A DNA stretch of 64,000 bases from an uncultured Actinomycetota bacterium (GCA_963743915.1 CAVURN010000003.1:96001-160000); one strand, 5' to 3'; positions 21,403-33,223 are shown, counted from the stretch's first letter. Translations and numbers: made by a program. The notes: a model not told the origin generated them from the sequence alone.

Positions 21403-22334
21403 CTACCCCGAAGCCCGCTGGCTGACGTAGATGTCGCCGCTGCGTCCGAAGTAGAGCCGTTCGCCGTCCGCGGACAACGACGGCCGGGACTCGCCTGCCG
21501 CAGTGTTCACCGACGGACCGAGGTTCGTCGGCGCGCACCACTTGGCCCCGACCCACCCACGCGTCGCGGTGTAGATGTCCGTCGCACCCAAACCGCCGGA
21601 CGCGACGACGCGAACACGATCTCGCGACCGTTCGGGCTGACGTTCGGCATGAAGTCGTCATAGCCGGCGACGTTCAGCTCGGTCACCGCAGTGGGCGCGC
21701 GGAAGCGGCCGTCGTAACCCCGCTTCGAGACGTAGATGTCCTGCGTCCCAGCGCCGATCGGGTCCCCACTGGAGAAGTAGAGGAAGGTTCCGACCTTGGT
21801 CTTGATCAAGGACGGCCCGTACTCCATGCCCACGCCGTTCGGCCCGTTGGGGGCGCAACCCAGGTTGCGCGGCTCGGTCCACGTCCCGTCACGCCAGTTC
21901 CGGTGGGTGAGGTAGATGTCGCCTTGTCCGCAGGACGCCGTGCCGTAGGCATCCGTACCGCCCCTGGTGGAGACGAAGAGCAGCCCACCGCCCCGCAGTG
22001 GTGTCGGGCAGAAGTCCTGCGCGTCGCTGTTGACCGGCGCCGGCAGCATGACCGGTGCACCGAAGTCGGCGCCGATGCTCGGCCGTCGAGCCATCCAGAT
22101 GTCGTTGTCGCCACCGGCCCCTCGCACTGACGCGAAGTACAGAGCCTTGCCATTGGGGGCCTCGATCGGGCACCCGTCGGCCGCGACCGGGTCATTGACC
22201 GCGGTCACCGGTGCTGCGACGTCCCACCCCAGTGGAACTTCCGACGCCGAGGCGCCACCGACGCCCACCCCGAGGCTCGTCACCATCGCCAATCCCGCGG
22301 CCAAGGCCAGCGGTCTGCTTCGAACTGTGCTCAT
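21403..22334 (-). CDS. Secreted PD40/TolB-like beta-propeller protein (frameshift near 21590)
   Basis: Signal peptide; repeats of VN..D..P.....LYF.S.R.G...DI. Confidence 0.82.
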
Positions 22335-22533
22335 CGCTCATCTCCATTCCCTCGTGCATGGGCGACGGACGAGCGCCTGCCGAGCAGGATTCGCTAGCGA
22401 CGGTGGACGACCCGGCCCATCGGGGAAGGCTCCTCCGTCGTTTGGCGCCGCCGTCACTACCTAAAGTCGCTTTGGGGTGCTGGGAGGTTGACACGGGGCA
22501 GCCACGAATCGCTTCCGATCCTCGGCGACCGCC

Positions 22534-24010
22534 TCAGAGGTCGTTGCCGGCGTACGACTGGTTGAAGCTCTTGTTGGCCAACGGAAAGTCCGGGACGATC
22601 GTGTCGGCCAGGGCCACGGGCAACGCCGGCCAGTTGAAGAACGACGGATCGACCACCTTGACCCGCGTGAGCCGACCGTCGGGCCCGAGCTCCACCCGAT
22701 GCACGAGCCGGCCACGCCATGCCTCGACCACCCCGAGACCGGTGCCGGGGCCGTCCGGCTCGTTGCGGCGTCCAGACCCCAGGTCACCGGCACCGGCAGC
22801 CAGTGAGCGCACCAGCGCTGCCGAGGCCTCGATCTCCCGCGCACGAAGCTGGAACCGCGCCAGGACGTCGCCCGTCGACTCGGTCACGACCGTGAGCGCA
22901 TCGCCGAGCTCGACGAACGGGTGGTCGCGCCGGGCATCTGCATCGACGCCGGATGCGCGTGCGACGAACCCCACGGTGTGCAGCGCCGTCGCCTCGGCGT
23001 ACGGGAGTACGGCGGTGCCTGTCAGCCGGTCCCGCACCACCGACTGGCCCAGCACGATGTCGACCAGCTCTGCGACTTCGCCGACGACCCGGTCGAGCAC
23101 TGTCAGGTCGGGAAGCGACTGCACACAGGTACCACCCACCGTGATCGCACCGCGCAGCAGTCGGTGACCGGTCACAGATTCGTTGACACGCAGCAAGGTC
23201 TCACGCAGTCGCTGGGCGTGCGCGTGGGCGATCCCGAAGCCGACGTCGTTGGCGATCGCGCCGAGGTCACCGACATGGTTGTAGAGGCGCTCCAGCTCGA
23301 GCAGCAGGGCACGCAGCCGCTGGTCCTGCTCACTCACCACCGCCCCTGAGGCCTCCTCGACCGCCAGCGCGAACGCGAGGGAGTGGCCCACCGCTGTGTC
23401 ACCGCTGATCCGCTCGCTCAGCTCGAACGCGTCCGCCGGACGCCGGCCCTCGAACAGCTTCTCCACCCCGCGGTGCACGAACCAGAGTCGCGCCTTCATC
23501 TTCAGGATGGTCTCCCCGACGACCGAGAAGCGGAAGTGCCCCGGCTCGATCATCCCGGCGTGCACGGGTCCGACGGGTATCTCGTAGACGCCGGTGCCGC
23601 CGACCTCGCCGAACGGGATGGACCCGGTGTCCGGGCCGAATGCCGGCATCGGGTCAGCGTCGCTGCAGCATCGGGTACCACCCCTGCGGCCAGTGCGCGT
23701 GGCGCACGAGACGCTGCGGCAGAGGGTGCGCGTCCGGCCGGACGCCGTACAGGTCCCGTACCTCACGCTCGAACCTGCCGACGGCGAAGTCGAGGTCGGC
23801 CAGGCTCGGCACCCAGGCGTCGTCACGAGCGACGGTGACCTCGACATCGGTGCGTCGTTCGGGGACCGTCGCGAGCCAGCTGTAGACGATGCGGAGCCGG
23901 TCGCCGTCGTCGTGGCACGCCACCAGGGCGGCCTGGAATCCGTCGGCCAGCAGCGCACGCGTGACCTCGGGCAGCTCGTCCCGCGACACCTTGCGGATCG
24001 TCCGCATCAC
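22534..24010 (-). CDS. hycE: Ehr/hydrogenase-4-like large subunit, NuoC+NuoD fusion, lacking NiFe cysteines (frameshift near 23660)
   Basis: FEREVRDLYG, GPVHAGMIEPGHFRF, HRGVEKLF, ERISGDTAVGH, EAWRG, PSFFNW, NKSFNQSYAGNDL. Confidence 0.88.
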
Positions 24011-25459
24011 GCGCCCCCTGTCAGCACGCGGGCGGCGTCACCGACGAACGTCCCGAGAGGGCAGGACCAGCGCAGCCATCAGCACCGGCGGCGGTCAGGG
24101 CGAGCACCACCGGCGCACGCGGCCCGTGCCACGAGCGGTCGACCGGGGCGGCGTCCTCGGCCGTCGCACTCGCCTCCCAGCGTCATCGCCGCCGTCAGCC
24201 TGCCCAGCGCCGTGAACGCGACAAGGAGCAGCAGCAGGACGAGCGCGGCGACCACCGGCATCCCGGCGGTCCACAGCGCCACGACGATGGCGACCTCGGT
24301 GAAGAAGAGCACGAACGGCGGGAACCCCAGCAGCGCCGCCATGCCCACGACGAACGGGCGCGCCGAGACCGGGACGCCGGACGAGCAGGTCGCGTACGTC
24401 GTCGATGGCCGTGGTGCCCTCGACCGCGAGCACCCGGCCTGCGACCACGAAGAGGCTGGACTTGACCAGGCCGTGACCGAGCATGTGCACCAGCACTGCG
24501 GTCATGCCGAGCGGCCCACCTGCAGCGGCACCGACGGCCATGATCCCCATGTGCTCGATGCTCGAGTACGCCAGCATGCGCTTGTAGTCACGCTGACGCA
24601 GCAGCAGCAGGGAAGCGACGAGCAAGGACGCCACACCGCCGACGGCCAGCATCCAGCGGATCAGTCCTGCTCCGATCGCGAGGTCGGCGACGACCTGCAG
24701 CCGGAGGATCACGTACAGCGCCACCGACAGCAGCACACCCGACATCAGGCCGGAGACGGGCGCGGGTGCCTGGCTGTGCGCGTCGGGCAGCCAGCTGTGC
24801 ATCGGCGCCAGCCCTGCCTTGGTGGCGAAGCCGAGCACGCCGAGGGCCACGGCGACCTCGGTCACCCGGGTGTCCATCTGCGGAGCGAGCTCGACCAGCT
24901 CGACCCAGGACAGTGTCGGGTTGCCCGCGTCCAGGCTGGCGGCGTAGAGAAGCACGATGCCCAGGAAGGCGATGGCGACGCCGACCGAGCCGAGCACGAC
25001 GTACTTCCACGCCGCCTCCAGGGAAAGGCGGGTGCGGTGGTGGCCGACGAGGAACGCCGTGGCGATCGTGGTGGCCTCGATGGCGACCCACACGACACCC
25101 AGGTTGTCGGCGAGCACGGCCAGGGACATCGCTCCGAGGAACAGCGCAACCAGCGCCGCGTACCGCGGCTCGTGTCCGCCACCACCGCGGCGCGCCACAC
25201 CACCCCACGTCGCGGTGAGTGCGACGCAGCCGACCACCACGAGCATGTACGCCGAGAGAGCGTCGGCACGCAGCATCCCACCGGCAGTGGTCGGCACCTG
25301 TCCGTCCGCGGTGGCCACCGCCAGCGTCGCTGCCGCAGCCAGGATCACCGCGCTCAGCAACACCCCCGACCAGTCGACGAGCAGCTGCCGGGGCCACAGC
25401 AGCACGAGGACGGCGGTGCCTGCGGCAAGCAGCAACGGGACCCACAGCAGGACGCCCAT
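24007..25459 (-). CDS. hyfF: HyfF-like proton-translocating membrane subunit (frameshifted)
   Basis: WVAIEATT, EAAWKY, KAGLAPMHSWLPDAHSQAP, KRMLAYSSIEH. Confidence 0.87.
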
Positions 25460-26116
25460 CAGTCGCGCAGCTCCTTCAGGTCGTCCAGGTCGACCGACCC
25501 GACGTCGTCGCGCAGCCGGTTGGTCAGGACGACCAGGATCAGCACGACCAGCAGCACGTCGAGGGAGACCCCGAGCTCGACGACCAGCGGCACCCCTCCC
25601 GCGGTGAGGAACGCGACCGCGGCGATGCCGTTGTCCAGCATCAGGAAGCCCACCAGCTGCGACAGGGCCCGACCCCTGGTGACCAGCTGCAGGAAGCCGA
25701 TCAGCACGAGCGCGACGCCGACGGGAACAGCCTTGGTGGCCGCATCATCGCTCTGCTCCAGCAGCGGTGACGCGATCACGAAGGCCAGCGCGGTGAGGAG
25801 CACGACGAACAGCAGCGCCGCAGTGGGGTTGAGCCGCGAGGCGTCCCGCTGCTCTCGTGACACCGACGCGCCGTACCAGAGGACCGACGGCAGCACCCCG
25901 CCCTTGAGCACCAGGACCAGTGCCGCCACCACCAGCAGCTCGAGCTCTTGCTCGTGCAGCCCGATCACGGCGACCAGCGACGCCAGTGCCACCCCCTGCA
26001 GCGCCAGCAGCTGGATGGACGCGGTGAGCGAGTGCCGCCACACGATCAGCGCGGCGGTCAGCAGCAGCGCGCCGGCTGAGAGCGCTCAGCAGCTCGGAGA
26101 ACAACGTGGTCGACAT
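25459..26116 (-). CDS. hyfE: HyfE-like membrane subunit (frameshift near 26070)
   Basis: QLVGFLMLDNGI, PLVVELGVSLD, LKELRD. Confidence 0.85.
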
Positions 26117-26126
26117 CGCGTCCCCC

Positions 26127-27076
26127 TCAAGCGACCAGGTAGGAGGCGGTGACGGCGAGGAAGGCGAGCGCGAACGAGCCGGCGAGCAGCTCGGGCACCC
26201 GGAACAGCCGCAGCTTGGCAAGGAACACCTCGCCGGCCCCGAGCAGCACCCCGACGATGCTCAGCTTGACCACGATGGCGACCACGCCGACGAGCAGACG
26301 GCCCCGACGCTGACCTCGGTGGCCACTCCCCAGGGCACCACCAGGTTCACCACGAGCCCGAGCAGCGCCGTCAGCCGCAGCCAGGAACCCCACTCGAGCC
26401 ACGCGAGATCGCGTCCGCTGCTCTCCAGCACCATCGCCTCGTGCACCATCGTCAGCTCGAGGTGCGTCGAAGGGTTGTCGACGGGCAGCCGTCCGGTCTC
26501 GGCCACGACGGCGATGCTCAGTGCGACCACGGCCAGCAGGCTCACGGGGGACGCCACGACGGCCGGGTCCTCGACCCTGGCGCCGACGATCAGGGAGAGC
26601 GCCGAGCTGCCGACCGGGATGGACAGCGCCAGGATCGACACCAGCACCGTCGGCTCGACCAGCGCCGCGATCATCATGTGCCGGCTCGAGCCCATTCCGC
26701 CGAACGCACTTCCCGCATCGAGCCCGAGCAGCGCCAGTGCGACGGTTCCGACCAGCAGCACCGAGACCACGACGAACAGGTCGTCGGGGATCGAGGGGAA
26801 CGTCACCGTGCCGACCAGTGGCACCAGCACCACGACGACCAGGCTCGACACCAGCACCACGAGGGGCGCCGCCACGAACAACCAGCTCGTCCCGTCCGCC
26901 CGCATCGGCTCTTTGCGGAGCAGCTTGACCAGGTCGCGCCAGGGCTGCAGGACGCCGGCACCGGCCCGTCCCTCCATCGTGGCCCGCGCCTGCCGGGTGA
27001 TCCCCACGAGCACCGGCGCCATCAGCAGCACGACGGTGACCTGGACGACGGCGAGGACGACAGCTGACCCGCTCAC
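26127..27076 (-). CDS. hyfC: HyfC/HycD (NuoH-like) membrane subunit (frameshifted)
   Basis: GVLQPWRDLVKLLRK, FGGMGSSR, ETGRLPVDNPSTHLELTMVHEAM, AKLRLFRVPE. Confidence 0.88.
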
Positions 27077-29072
27077 AGCGCCACCACCACCAGCACGACC
27101 AGCAGCGCGGCGAACGAGTAGCCGAGGTAGCGGTGGAGACTGCCGTTCTGCAGCCCCCGAGCCCGTTCACCCACGCTCGCGGCACCGCGCAGCACCGGGC
27201 GGTAGACCCCCACCTCGACGGCGTCGACCACCCGCTGCCGGTACTCGATCCGCTCGACCAGGTAGCGCGACTCGTCCGCGTGCGTGACCTCGACGTCCCG
27301 GCTCGGACTGAGCATGTCGTCGAAGACCCGCACCAACGGCTCGGCGTACGACGTCGCGTTGTACTGCATGCGGGGGCTGGTGCGAGCGCCTCCACAGCCC
27401 CAGGCGAGAGCGGTACGTCGCCGTGGCACTGCGCGTCGGACGACGAGGACCGCGACGGCCACGGGCACAGCCACCGCCGCTGCCAGCAGGGTGAGCGCGA
27501 CGGGGTTGATCGAGGCGCCCAGGGCCGTGAGGTCGATGCCGCCGGCGGCACTGCCCTCGACACCATCTGCGCCGACGGCGTCGGCGAGCGCGCCGACGTA
27601 CGCGCCGGGGACCAGACCCAGTGCCACGACCGCTACGGCACCGACGAGCATGGACGCCCGCATCGTCGGCCCCGACTCGTGCGCGTGCTCAGCCGCTTCG
27701 CTGCGTGGCAGCGCCAGGAACGCGATCCCGTAGCTCTTGGCGAACGTCAGGAGCGCCAGACCCGCGGTGAGCGCCACGGCGGTCACCGCCAGCGGCAGGG
27801 CCACCGCCACCAGCCGGTCGTCCGGCTCGACACCGGCGATCAGCGACTGCAGCAGCACCCATTCGGCCACGAAGCCCCCGGTGACCGGCAGTGCGGCGGC
27901 TCCGAGCGCGGCCACTCCGAAGAGGGCGGCCGTCCACGGCATCCGCGCGCGCAGGCCCCCCAGGCTGTCGAGGTCTCGCTCGCCGGTCGCGTGCAGGATC
28001 GAGCCGGCGCCGAGGAACAGCACCGACTTGAAGGCCGCATGCGCGACGACGAGCAGCAGGCAGGCGACCAGCGCGACGTCGGCCGTGGACGCGGTGGCCG
28101 GTGCGCTCAGGATCTGAGCGACGCCGATCGCGAGCACCATCAGCCCGACGTTCTCGGTGGTGGAGTAGGCCAGCAACCGCTTGAGGTCGCTCGAGACCGA
28201 CGCCTGCAGGATCCCGTACACGGCAGACGCGGCACCAGCCAGGAGCAGCAGCAGCTCCCCACCACGCCGGCCCGTCCGGCAACAGCCGCAGCGTGGTCAG
28301 CAGGAGCCCGTAGATGCCCATCTTCACCATGGCGGCGCTCATCGCCGCGGACACGTGGCTCGGGGCCTCCGGGTGCGCACGCGGCAGCCAGACGTGCAGC
28401 GGGACGACCCCCGCCTTGGTCGCGAAGCCGAGAGCGAGCAGCACGAAGACGATGGAAGCTGCGGTGGTGGAGAGGCCGGCTGCGGACATGTCGTCGAACG
28501 CGGTGCTCCCGGTGGCGTCCACCAGCACGCCCGAACCCCGCCAGCAGCAACAGGAAGGACAGCTGCGTCATGCCGGCGTACCAGAGTGCCGCGGACCGTA
28601 CCTGCGGACGTGTCGCGTGGTCGGTGAGCACGAGCACGGTCGAGCAGACGGCCATCACCTCCCACGCGAGCAGGAACGTGAGGACGTCCCCCGCGGCGGG
28701 CACCATCTGCATGCCGAGCAGGAAGAACGTGAAGGCAGCCCAGGACGTGCGTGAGCCGGCCGCGCCCCGCGCGTAGCCGATGCCGTACACGGCAGCCAGC
28801 AGTCCCACCCCACCGACGACGGCGATGAAGAGGCCCCCGAGCCGGTCGGGCGCCAGGGTGAGGACGCCCCACGGCTCGGCCAGGTCGACGCGGAGCTCGC
28901 CCTCGGCGCCCGTCAGCGCGAGCAGTCCGGCAACGACGCCCGCGGCCGCGACGAGGGCGGAGCCGACACCGCCGACGAGCGCGCGCCGTTGGTCGCCGGC
29001 CAGCAGCACCGCACCCACCGCTGCTCCGGCCAGAAGCAGCTGGGCAACCAGGGCGAGCTCGAGCGAGGTCAT
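27073..29072 (-). CDS. hyfB: HyfB/HycC-like proton-translocating membrane subunit (frameshifted)
   Basis: LAWEVM, KAGVVPLHVWLPRAHPEAPSH, KRLLAYSTTEN, WGCG...RMQY. Confidence 0.87.
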
Positions 29073-29554
29073 CGACCGGTGACCTGCCGCAGCGCCTCGA
29101 CGACCTGCTCCGGACGGGGTGGACACCCCGGAATCTCGACGTCGACCTCGACGACGTCGTCGACGGCTCCCGCCACTCCGTACCCGTCGGCGAAGACACC
29201 GCAGTTGCGGGCACAGTCGCCCATCGCGATCACCCGCCGCGGCCGCGGCGTCGCCTCGACGGTGCGCACGAGCGGCTGGAGCATGTTGCGGGTGACGACG
29301 CCGGTGACCAGGACGACGTCGGCGTGACGTGGTGAGGCGACGAGTCGGGCCCCGTACCGCTCTGCGTCGTACACCGGTCCGAAGGCGGCGCCCAGCTCGA
29401 TCTCGCACCCGTTGCACGAGCCGGCGTCGACGTGCCGGATCTGGACGCTGCCGGCGGCAAGCGGCAGTCGTGCCGTGGGCTCCGGCGCCGGCGGCGCGGC
29501 TTCGGCGACCCGCCCTGTCCGACCGATGAGTCGCGCGAGACGGAGCAGGCTCAT
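29069..29554 (-). CDS. HycG/HyfI (NuoB-like) Fe-S small subunit
   Basis: GSCNGCEIE, SPRHAD, GDCA, PGCPP. Confidence 0.92.
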   Translation of the reverse strand: MSLLRLARLIGRTGRVAEAAPPAPEPTARLPLAAGSVQIRHVDAGSCNGCEIELGAAFGPVYDAERYGARLVASPRHADVVLVTGVVTRNMLQPLVRTVEATPRPRRVIAMGDCARNCGVFADGYGVAGAVDDVVEVDVEIPGCPPRPEQVVEALRQVTGR

Positions 29555-29895
29555 GAGCGCCGCCTCCGCGTCCGTGGCCCGAGCTCGCTGCGCAGCGCGT
29601 CCCTGTCGGTGTAGATCTGGTGGAGCAGCGTGCGGGCGGCCGTCAGCAGGTCGTCGACCCCCGGGACGCTGAGCGAGTAGCGGACCTCACCCGCCTCGCG
29701 GTACTGCTGCACGAGCCCGGCCCGTCGCAGGACGGCGAGCTGCTGCGAGAGGTTGCTCGCCTCGACGTCGATCGCCTCGAGCAGCTCGTGGACGGCGTGA
29801 TCACGCTGCACGAGCAGCTCGAGCACCCGGATCCGGGCTGGGTGCCCCAGAGTGCGGAAGAGCTCGGCCTTGACGGCGTAAAGAGGTTCGGGCAC
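29551..29895 (-). CDS. ArsR/SmtB regulator, Rv0081-like
   Basis: PLYAVKAELFRTLGHPARIRVLELL...SNLSQQLAVLRR. Confidence 0.92.
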   Translation of the reverse strand: MPEPLYAVKAELFRTLGHPARIRVLELLVQRDHAVHELLEAIDVEASNLSQQLAVLRRAGLVQQYREAGEVRYSLSVPGVDDLLTAARTLLHQIYTDRDALRSELGPRTRRRRS

Positions 29896-29931
29896 GCGGC
29901 GCTCCAAGGTCGGTAACTGACGCCATCCTCA

Positions 29932-29954
29932 CTTGACGAAGTCTTCATGTCAAG
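29932..29954 (-). promoter_or_regulatory. Palindromic operator overlapping the -35 of the Ehr operon
   Basis: CTTGAC-gaagtcttcat-GTCAAG. The minus strand reads TTGACA-N17-GAGGAT. Confidence 0.6.
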
Positions 29955-30001
29955 AAGGGATCATCCATCCAGTGGTGACTCAGGTCACCGGCCGACTGCA
30001 C

Positions 30002-31471
30002 TCACCCAGGCGGGACGCCGTGGTGCTTCTCCGGCGTGTGACGCACCTTGTTGTCCAGCGCCGCGTACCGACGCACCAGCTCGCCCCGCAGGTCCTCCGG
30101 CTGCACAATCCCGTCGATCACCAGGTCGGACGCCAGCCGCATCAGGTCGACGTCCTCCTCGTACTCGGCGCGCTTGGCCGCGACGTACGCCGCCCGCTCA
30201 CCCTCATCGGAGATCGCCGCGATCTTCTTGGCGTACACCGCGTTCACCGCGGCGTCCGGGCCCATCACCGCGATGTGCGCGGTCGGCAGCGCCAGGCACG
30301 CGTCCGGGCTGAACCCCGGGCCGCCCATCGCGTAGAGCCCGGCCCCGTACGCCTTGCGCACGATCACCGAGATCTGCGGCACGGTCGCCTCGGCGACGGC
30401 CGTGATCATCTTCGCCCCGTGCCGGATGATGCCGGCCCGCTCCACCGACGCGCCGATCATGAAGCCCGGCACGTCCGCCAGGTACAGCAGCGGGAGGTTG
30501 AACGCGTCGCAGAACCAGATGAACCGCGCCGCCTTGTCGGCCGAGTCGTTGAACAGCACGCCGCCGCGCACCGCGGAGTTGTTCGCCACCACGCCCACCG
30601 GACGCCCGTCGATGCGTCCCAGCCCGGTCACCAGCTCGGCGGCGTACTCCGGCTTCAGCTCGAAGAACGAGTCGGCGTCCACCAGCGCCTCGATCACCAG
30701 ATGGATGTCGAACGGCTGCGACTCCGACTCCGGCACCACCGACGCGTCCAGCTCAGCCGAGGGCGCAGCACCCGAGTACGACGGCGGACGGTCCCGCCAC
30801 GACCCCGGCAGGTAGCTGAAGTAGACCTTCGCCTCCTCGATCGCCTCGCGGTCGTCGACCACCAGGTTGTCGCCGCACCCTGAGACGGTGGCGTGCATGC
30901 GTGCGCCGCCCATCTCCTCCAGCGTCACGGTCTCGCCGATGACCACCTCGGCCATCCGCGGAGATCCGAGGTACATGGATGCGTTGCCCTCGACCATGAA
31001 CACCGCGTCGCAGAACGCCGGGATGTACGCGCCACCGGCAGCGGACGGTCCGAACAGGCAGCAGATCTGCGGCACCCGCCCCGAGAGCGCCACCTGGTTG
31101 GCGAAGATTCGCCCGGCACCGCGGCGTCCGGGGAACAGGTCGACCTGGTCGGTGATCCGCGCCCCCGCAGAGTCGATGAACCAGAAAATCGGCAGCTCGG
31201 CGGCGAGCGCCCGCTCGGTGACCCGCACGATTTTCTCCACCGTGCGCGCGCCCCACGACCCGGCCTTCACCGTCCAGTCGTTGGCCACCACCAGCGCCGG
31301 ACGCCCATGCACCAGCCCCTGTCCGGTCACGACGCCGTCGGCGGGTAGCCCCTCGGCCAGCGCGTTGGCGAGCGCGCCGTCCTCGACGAAAGTGCCCGCG
31401 TCGAACAGCAGGTCGACCCGCTCGCGGGCGTGCAGCCGCTCCGGTGCAGGCGATTCAGCGGCGGCGGTCAT
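30002..31471 (-). CDS. Acyl-CoA carboxylase carboxyltransferase (beta) subunit
   Basis: ARERV, DSAGARI, GPSAAGGAY, EEMGGA, DVPGFMIG, RKAYGAG, KHHGVPP. Confidence 0.94.
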   Translation of the reverse strand: MTAAAESPAPERLHARERVDLLFDAGTFVEDGALANALAEGLPADGVVTGQGLVHGRPALVVANDWTVKAGSWGARTVEKIVRVTERALAAELPIFWFIDSAGARITDQVDLFPGRRGAGRIFANQVALSGRVPQICCLFGPSAAGGAYIPAFCDAVFMVEGNASMYLGSPRMAEVVIGETVTLEEMGGARMHATVSGCGDNLVVDDREAIEEAKVYFSYLPGSWRDRPPSYSGAAPSAELDASVVPESESQPFDIHLVIEALVDADSFFELKPEYAAELVTGLGRIDGRPVGVVANNSAVRGGVLFNDSADKAARFIWFCDAFNLPLLYLADVPGFMIGASVERAGIIRHGAKMITAVAEATVPQISVIVRKAYGAGLYAMGGPGFSPDACLALPTAHIAVMGPDAAVNAVYAKKIAAISDEGERAAYVAAKRAEYEEDVDLMRLASDLVIDGIVQPEDLRGELVRRYAALDNKVRHTPEKHHGVPPG

Positions 31472-32658
31472 CCGCCCGCTCCGGTGCTGATCGGCAGACC
31501 GAGGCTGCGCGCAATGATGAGCCGCTGCACCTCGGACGTGCCCTCGCCGATCTCGAGGATCTTCGCGTCGCGGTAGAGCCGTGCCACCGGCGACTCCTCC
31601 ATGAACCCGTAGCCGCCGAACACCTGCGTCGCCGTTCGCGTCGCGCGCACGGCCGCCTCGGTGGCGAACAGCTTCGCGGTGGACGCCGCGCGCGCCACCT
31701 CGGCGCCGGGGCGTCCGGCGTCCTTCATCGCAGCAGCCGAGTAGGTGAGCAGCCGCGCCGCCTCGAGGTCGACGGCGAGGTCGCTGATCGGGAACGCGAC
31801 CCCCTGCCGCGAGCCGATCGCTGCGCCGAACGTAGTGCGCGTGCCCGCGTAGGCGACGCACTCGTCCAGGCACCGCTGCAGCAGCCCGACCGCGAGCGCC
31901 GCGATGGCGATGCGACCGTCGACCAGGATGCCGAGCATCTGCCGGAGGCCGGCTCCGCGCTCGCCGAGCAGCGCGTCCTCGGGTACGCGGCAGTCGTCGA
32001 AGGTGAGGCCATGCGTGTCGGACGCGTGCCAGCCGAGCTTGTCGTAGGCGGGCTCGACGACCAGGCCGGGCGTGCCGGCGGGGACGATGATCGTGGAGAT
32101 CTCGGGGCGGCCGTCGTCGCGGACGCCGGTGCGCGCGGTGACCGTGATGCACGACGTCAGCGGTGTGCCGCTGTTGGTGATGAACGCCTTGGCTCCGTTG
32201 ATCACCCAGTCGCCGTCGTGCAGCTCGGCGTGGGTGCGGGTGGCGCCGGCGTCCGACCCGGCGTCCGGCTCGGTGAGTCCGAACGCGGCGAGCGCGCGCC
32301 CGGCGACCAGGTCGGGCAACCAGCGGCGGCGTTGCGCTTCGGTGCCGAAGGTGAGGATCGGGTTGATACCGAGGCCCACGCCGGCCGACAGGGTGATCCC
32401 GATCGACTGGTCGGCGCGGCCGAGCTCTTCGATCGCGATGCACAGCGAGGTGAAGTCGGCGCCCGCGCCGCCGTACTGCTCGGGGGCGGTGAGGCCGAAG
32501 AGCCCGAGGTCGCCGAGCTTGGGCACGAGGTGGGCGGGGAAGGTGTGGGTGCGGTCCCACTCGGCGGCATGCGGCTCGATCTCGGACGCCGCGAAGTCGC
32601 GCACCAGGTGGCGCAGCGCGTCGTGCTCGGTGGACTGCTCGACTGTCGGTGCCGTCAT
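31468..32658 (-). CDS. Acyl-CoA dehydrogenase
   Basis: FGLTEPDAGSD, NGAKAFITN, KLGWHASDT, QVFGGYG, EIGEGTSEVQR. Confidence 0.95.
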   Translation of the reverse strand: MTAPTVEQSTEHDALRHLVRDFAASEIEPHAAEWDRTHTFPAHLVPKLGDLGLFGLTAPEQYGGAGADFTSLCIAIEELGRADQSIGITLSAGVGLGINPILTFGTEAQRRRWLPDLVAGRALAAFGLTEPDAGSDAGATRTHAELHDGDWVINGAKAFITNSGTPLTSCITVTARTGVRDDGRPEISTIIVPAGTPGLVVEPAYDKLGWHASDTHGLTFDDCRVPEDALLGERGAGLRQMLGILVDGRIAIAALAVGLLQRCLDECVAYAGTRTTFGAAIGSRQGVAFPISDLAVDLEAARLLTYSAAAMKDAGRPGAEVARAASTAKLFATEAAVRATRTATQVFGGYGFMEESPVARLYRDAKILEIGEGTSEVQRLIIARSLGLPISTGAGG

Positions 32659-32717
32659 GTCCTCACCTCCGCCCGCCGGGAGCCTTGTGGACTCCGTCGG
32701 CCGATCGGGTCACGTGC

Positions 32718-32739
32718 TTGACGTTTACGTCAACGTCAA
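32718..32739. promoter_or_regulatory. LiuR-like palindromic operator
   Basis: TTGACGTTTACGTCAACGTCAA, a near-perfect palindrome between the divergent acyl-CoA dehydrogenase and MerR genes. Confidence 0.75.
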
Positions 32740-32752
32740 CCAGGCTAGCCCC

Positions 32753-33187
32753 ATGACCCCATCCGCTGGCAAGACCCTGGAGAGGGAATCTTCAGCGCAG
32801 CACCAGTGGACGATCGGGGACCTGGCCGCTGAGCTCCAGGTGACGCCGCGCACGCTGCGGTTCTACGAAGCAGAGGGACTCATCGAGCCGATCCGCGGAC
32901 CTGGCGGCTCTCGTAGATACACGAGGCGCGATCGTGCGCGAATGCAGCTGATCCTGCGCGGCAAGCGTTTCGGCATGACCCTGACCGAGATCGCCGAGAT
33001 CATCGACATGTACGACGACGCGGAGTCGAGCAGAATCCGCCAGCTCGAACGGGTGGTCGAGCGCGTGGACGAGATCAGCGTCGAACTGGCCCAGAAGCAG
33101 CGCGACATCGCGCGCACACTGGACGAGCTGGCGGACGTCTCGAAACAGTGCAAGGCCAAGCTGCGGCAGCTGCGGGCGAGCGGCTGA
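32753..33187 (+). CDS. MerR-family regulator, LiuR-like
   Basis: WTIGDLA...TPRTLRFYE...RDRARMQLILRGKRFGMTLTEIAEIIDMYD. Confidence 0.9.
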   Translation: MTPSAGKTLERESSAQHQWTIGDLAAELQVTPRTLRFYEAEGLIEPIRGPGGSRRYTRRDRARMQLILRGKRFGMTLTEIAEIIDMYDDAESSRIRQLERVVERVDEISVELAQKQRDIARTLDELADVSKQCKAKLRQLRASG

Positions 33188-33223
33188 CCGGACGCGGAAC
33201 GGATCGACAGGGCGGAGGTCGTC

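Noticed and set aside
22390-22490. Same regulator motif as at 6333-6365 upstream of the PD40 gene
   Set aside because: Only loose similarity (TCCCC about 30 bp before a TAGCG -10), and the spacing is inconsistent.
23594-26152. Long antisense ORFs (852 aa here; also 8664-10370 and 60194-61987)
   Set aside because: Shadow ORFs typical of high-GC DNA, lying opposite well-supported genes.
22534-29554. Functional NiFe hydrogenase or formate hydrogenlyase
   Set aside because: No Ni-ligating CxxC motifs, and no maturases or formate dehydrogenase in the window.
30002-32560. Apparent 852-aa fusion ORF (also 53439-55964, 56538-59300, 11030-12790)
   Set aside because: The extensions are off-frame read-through over neighbouring genes. 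True starts are internal.
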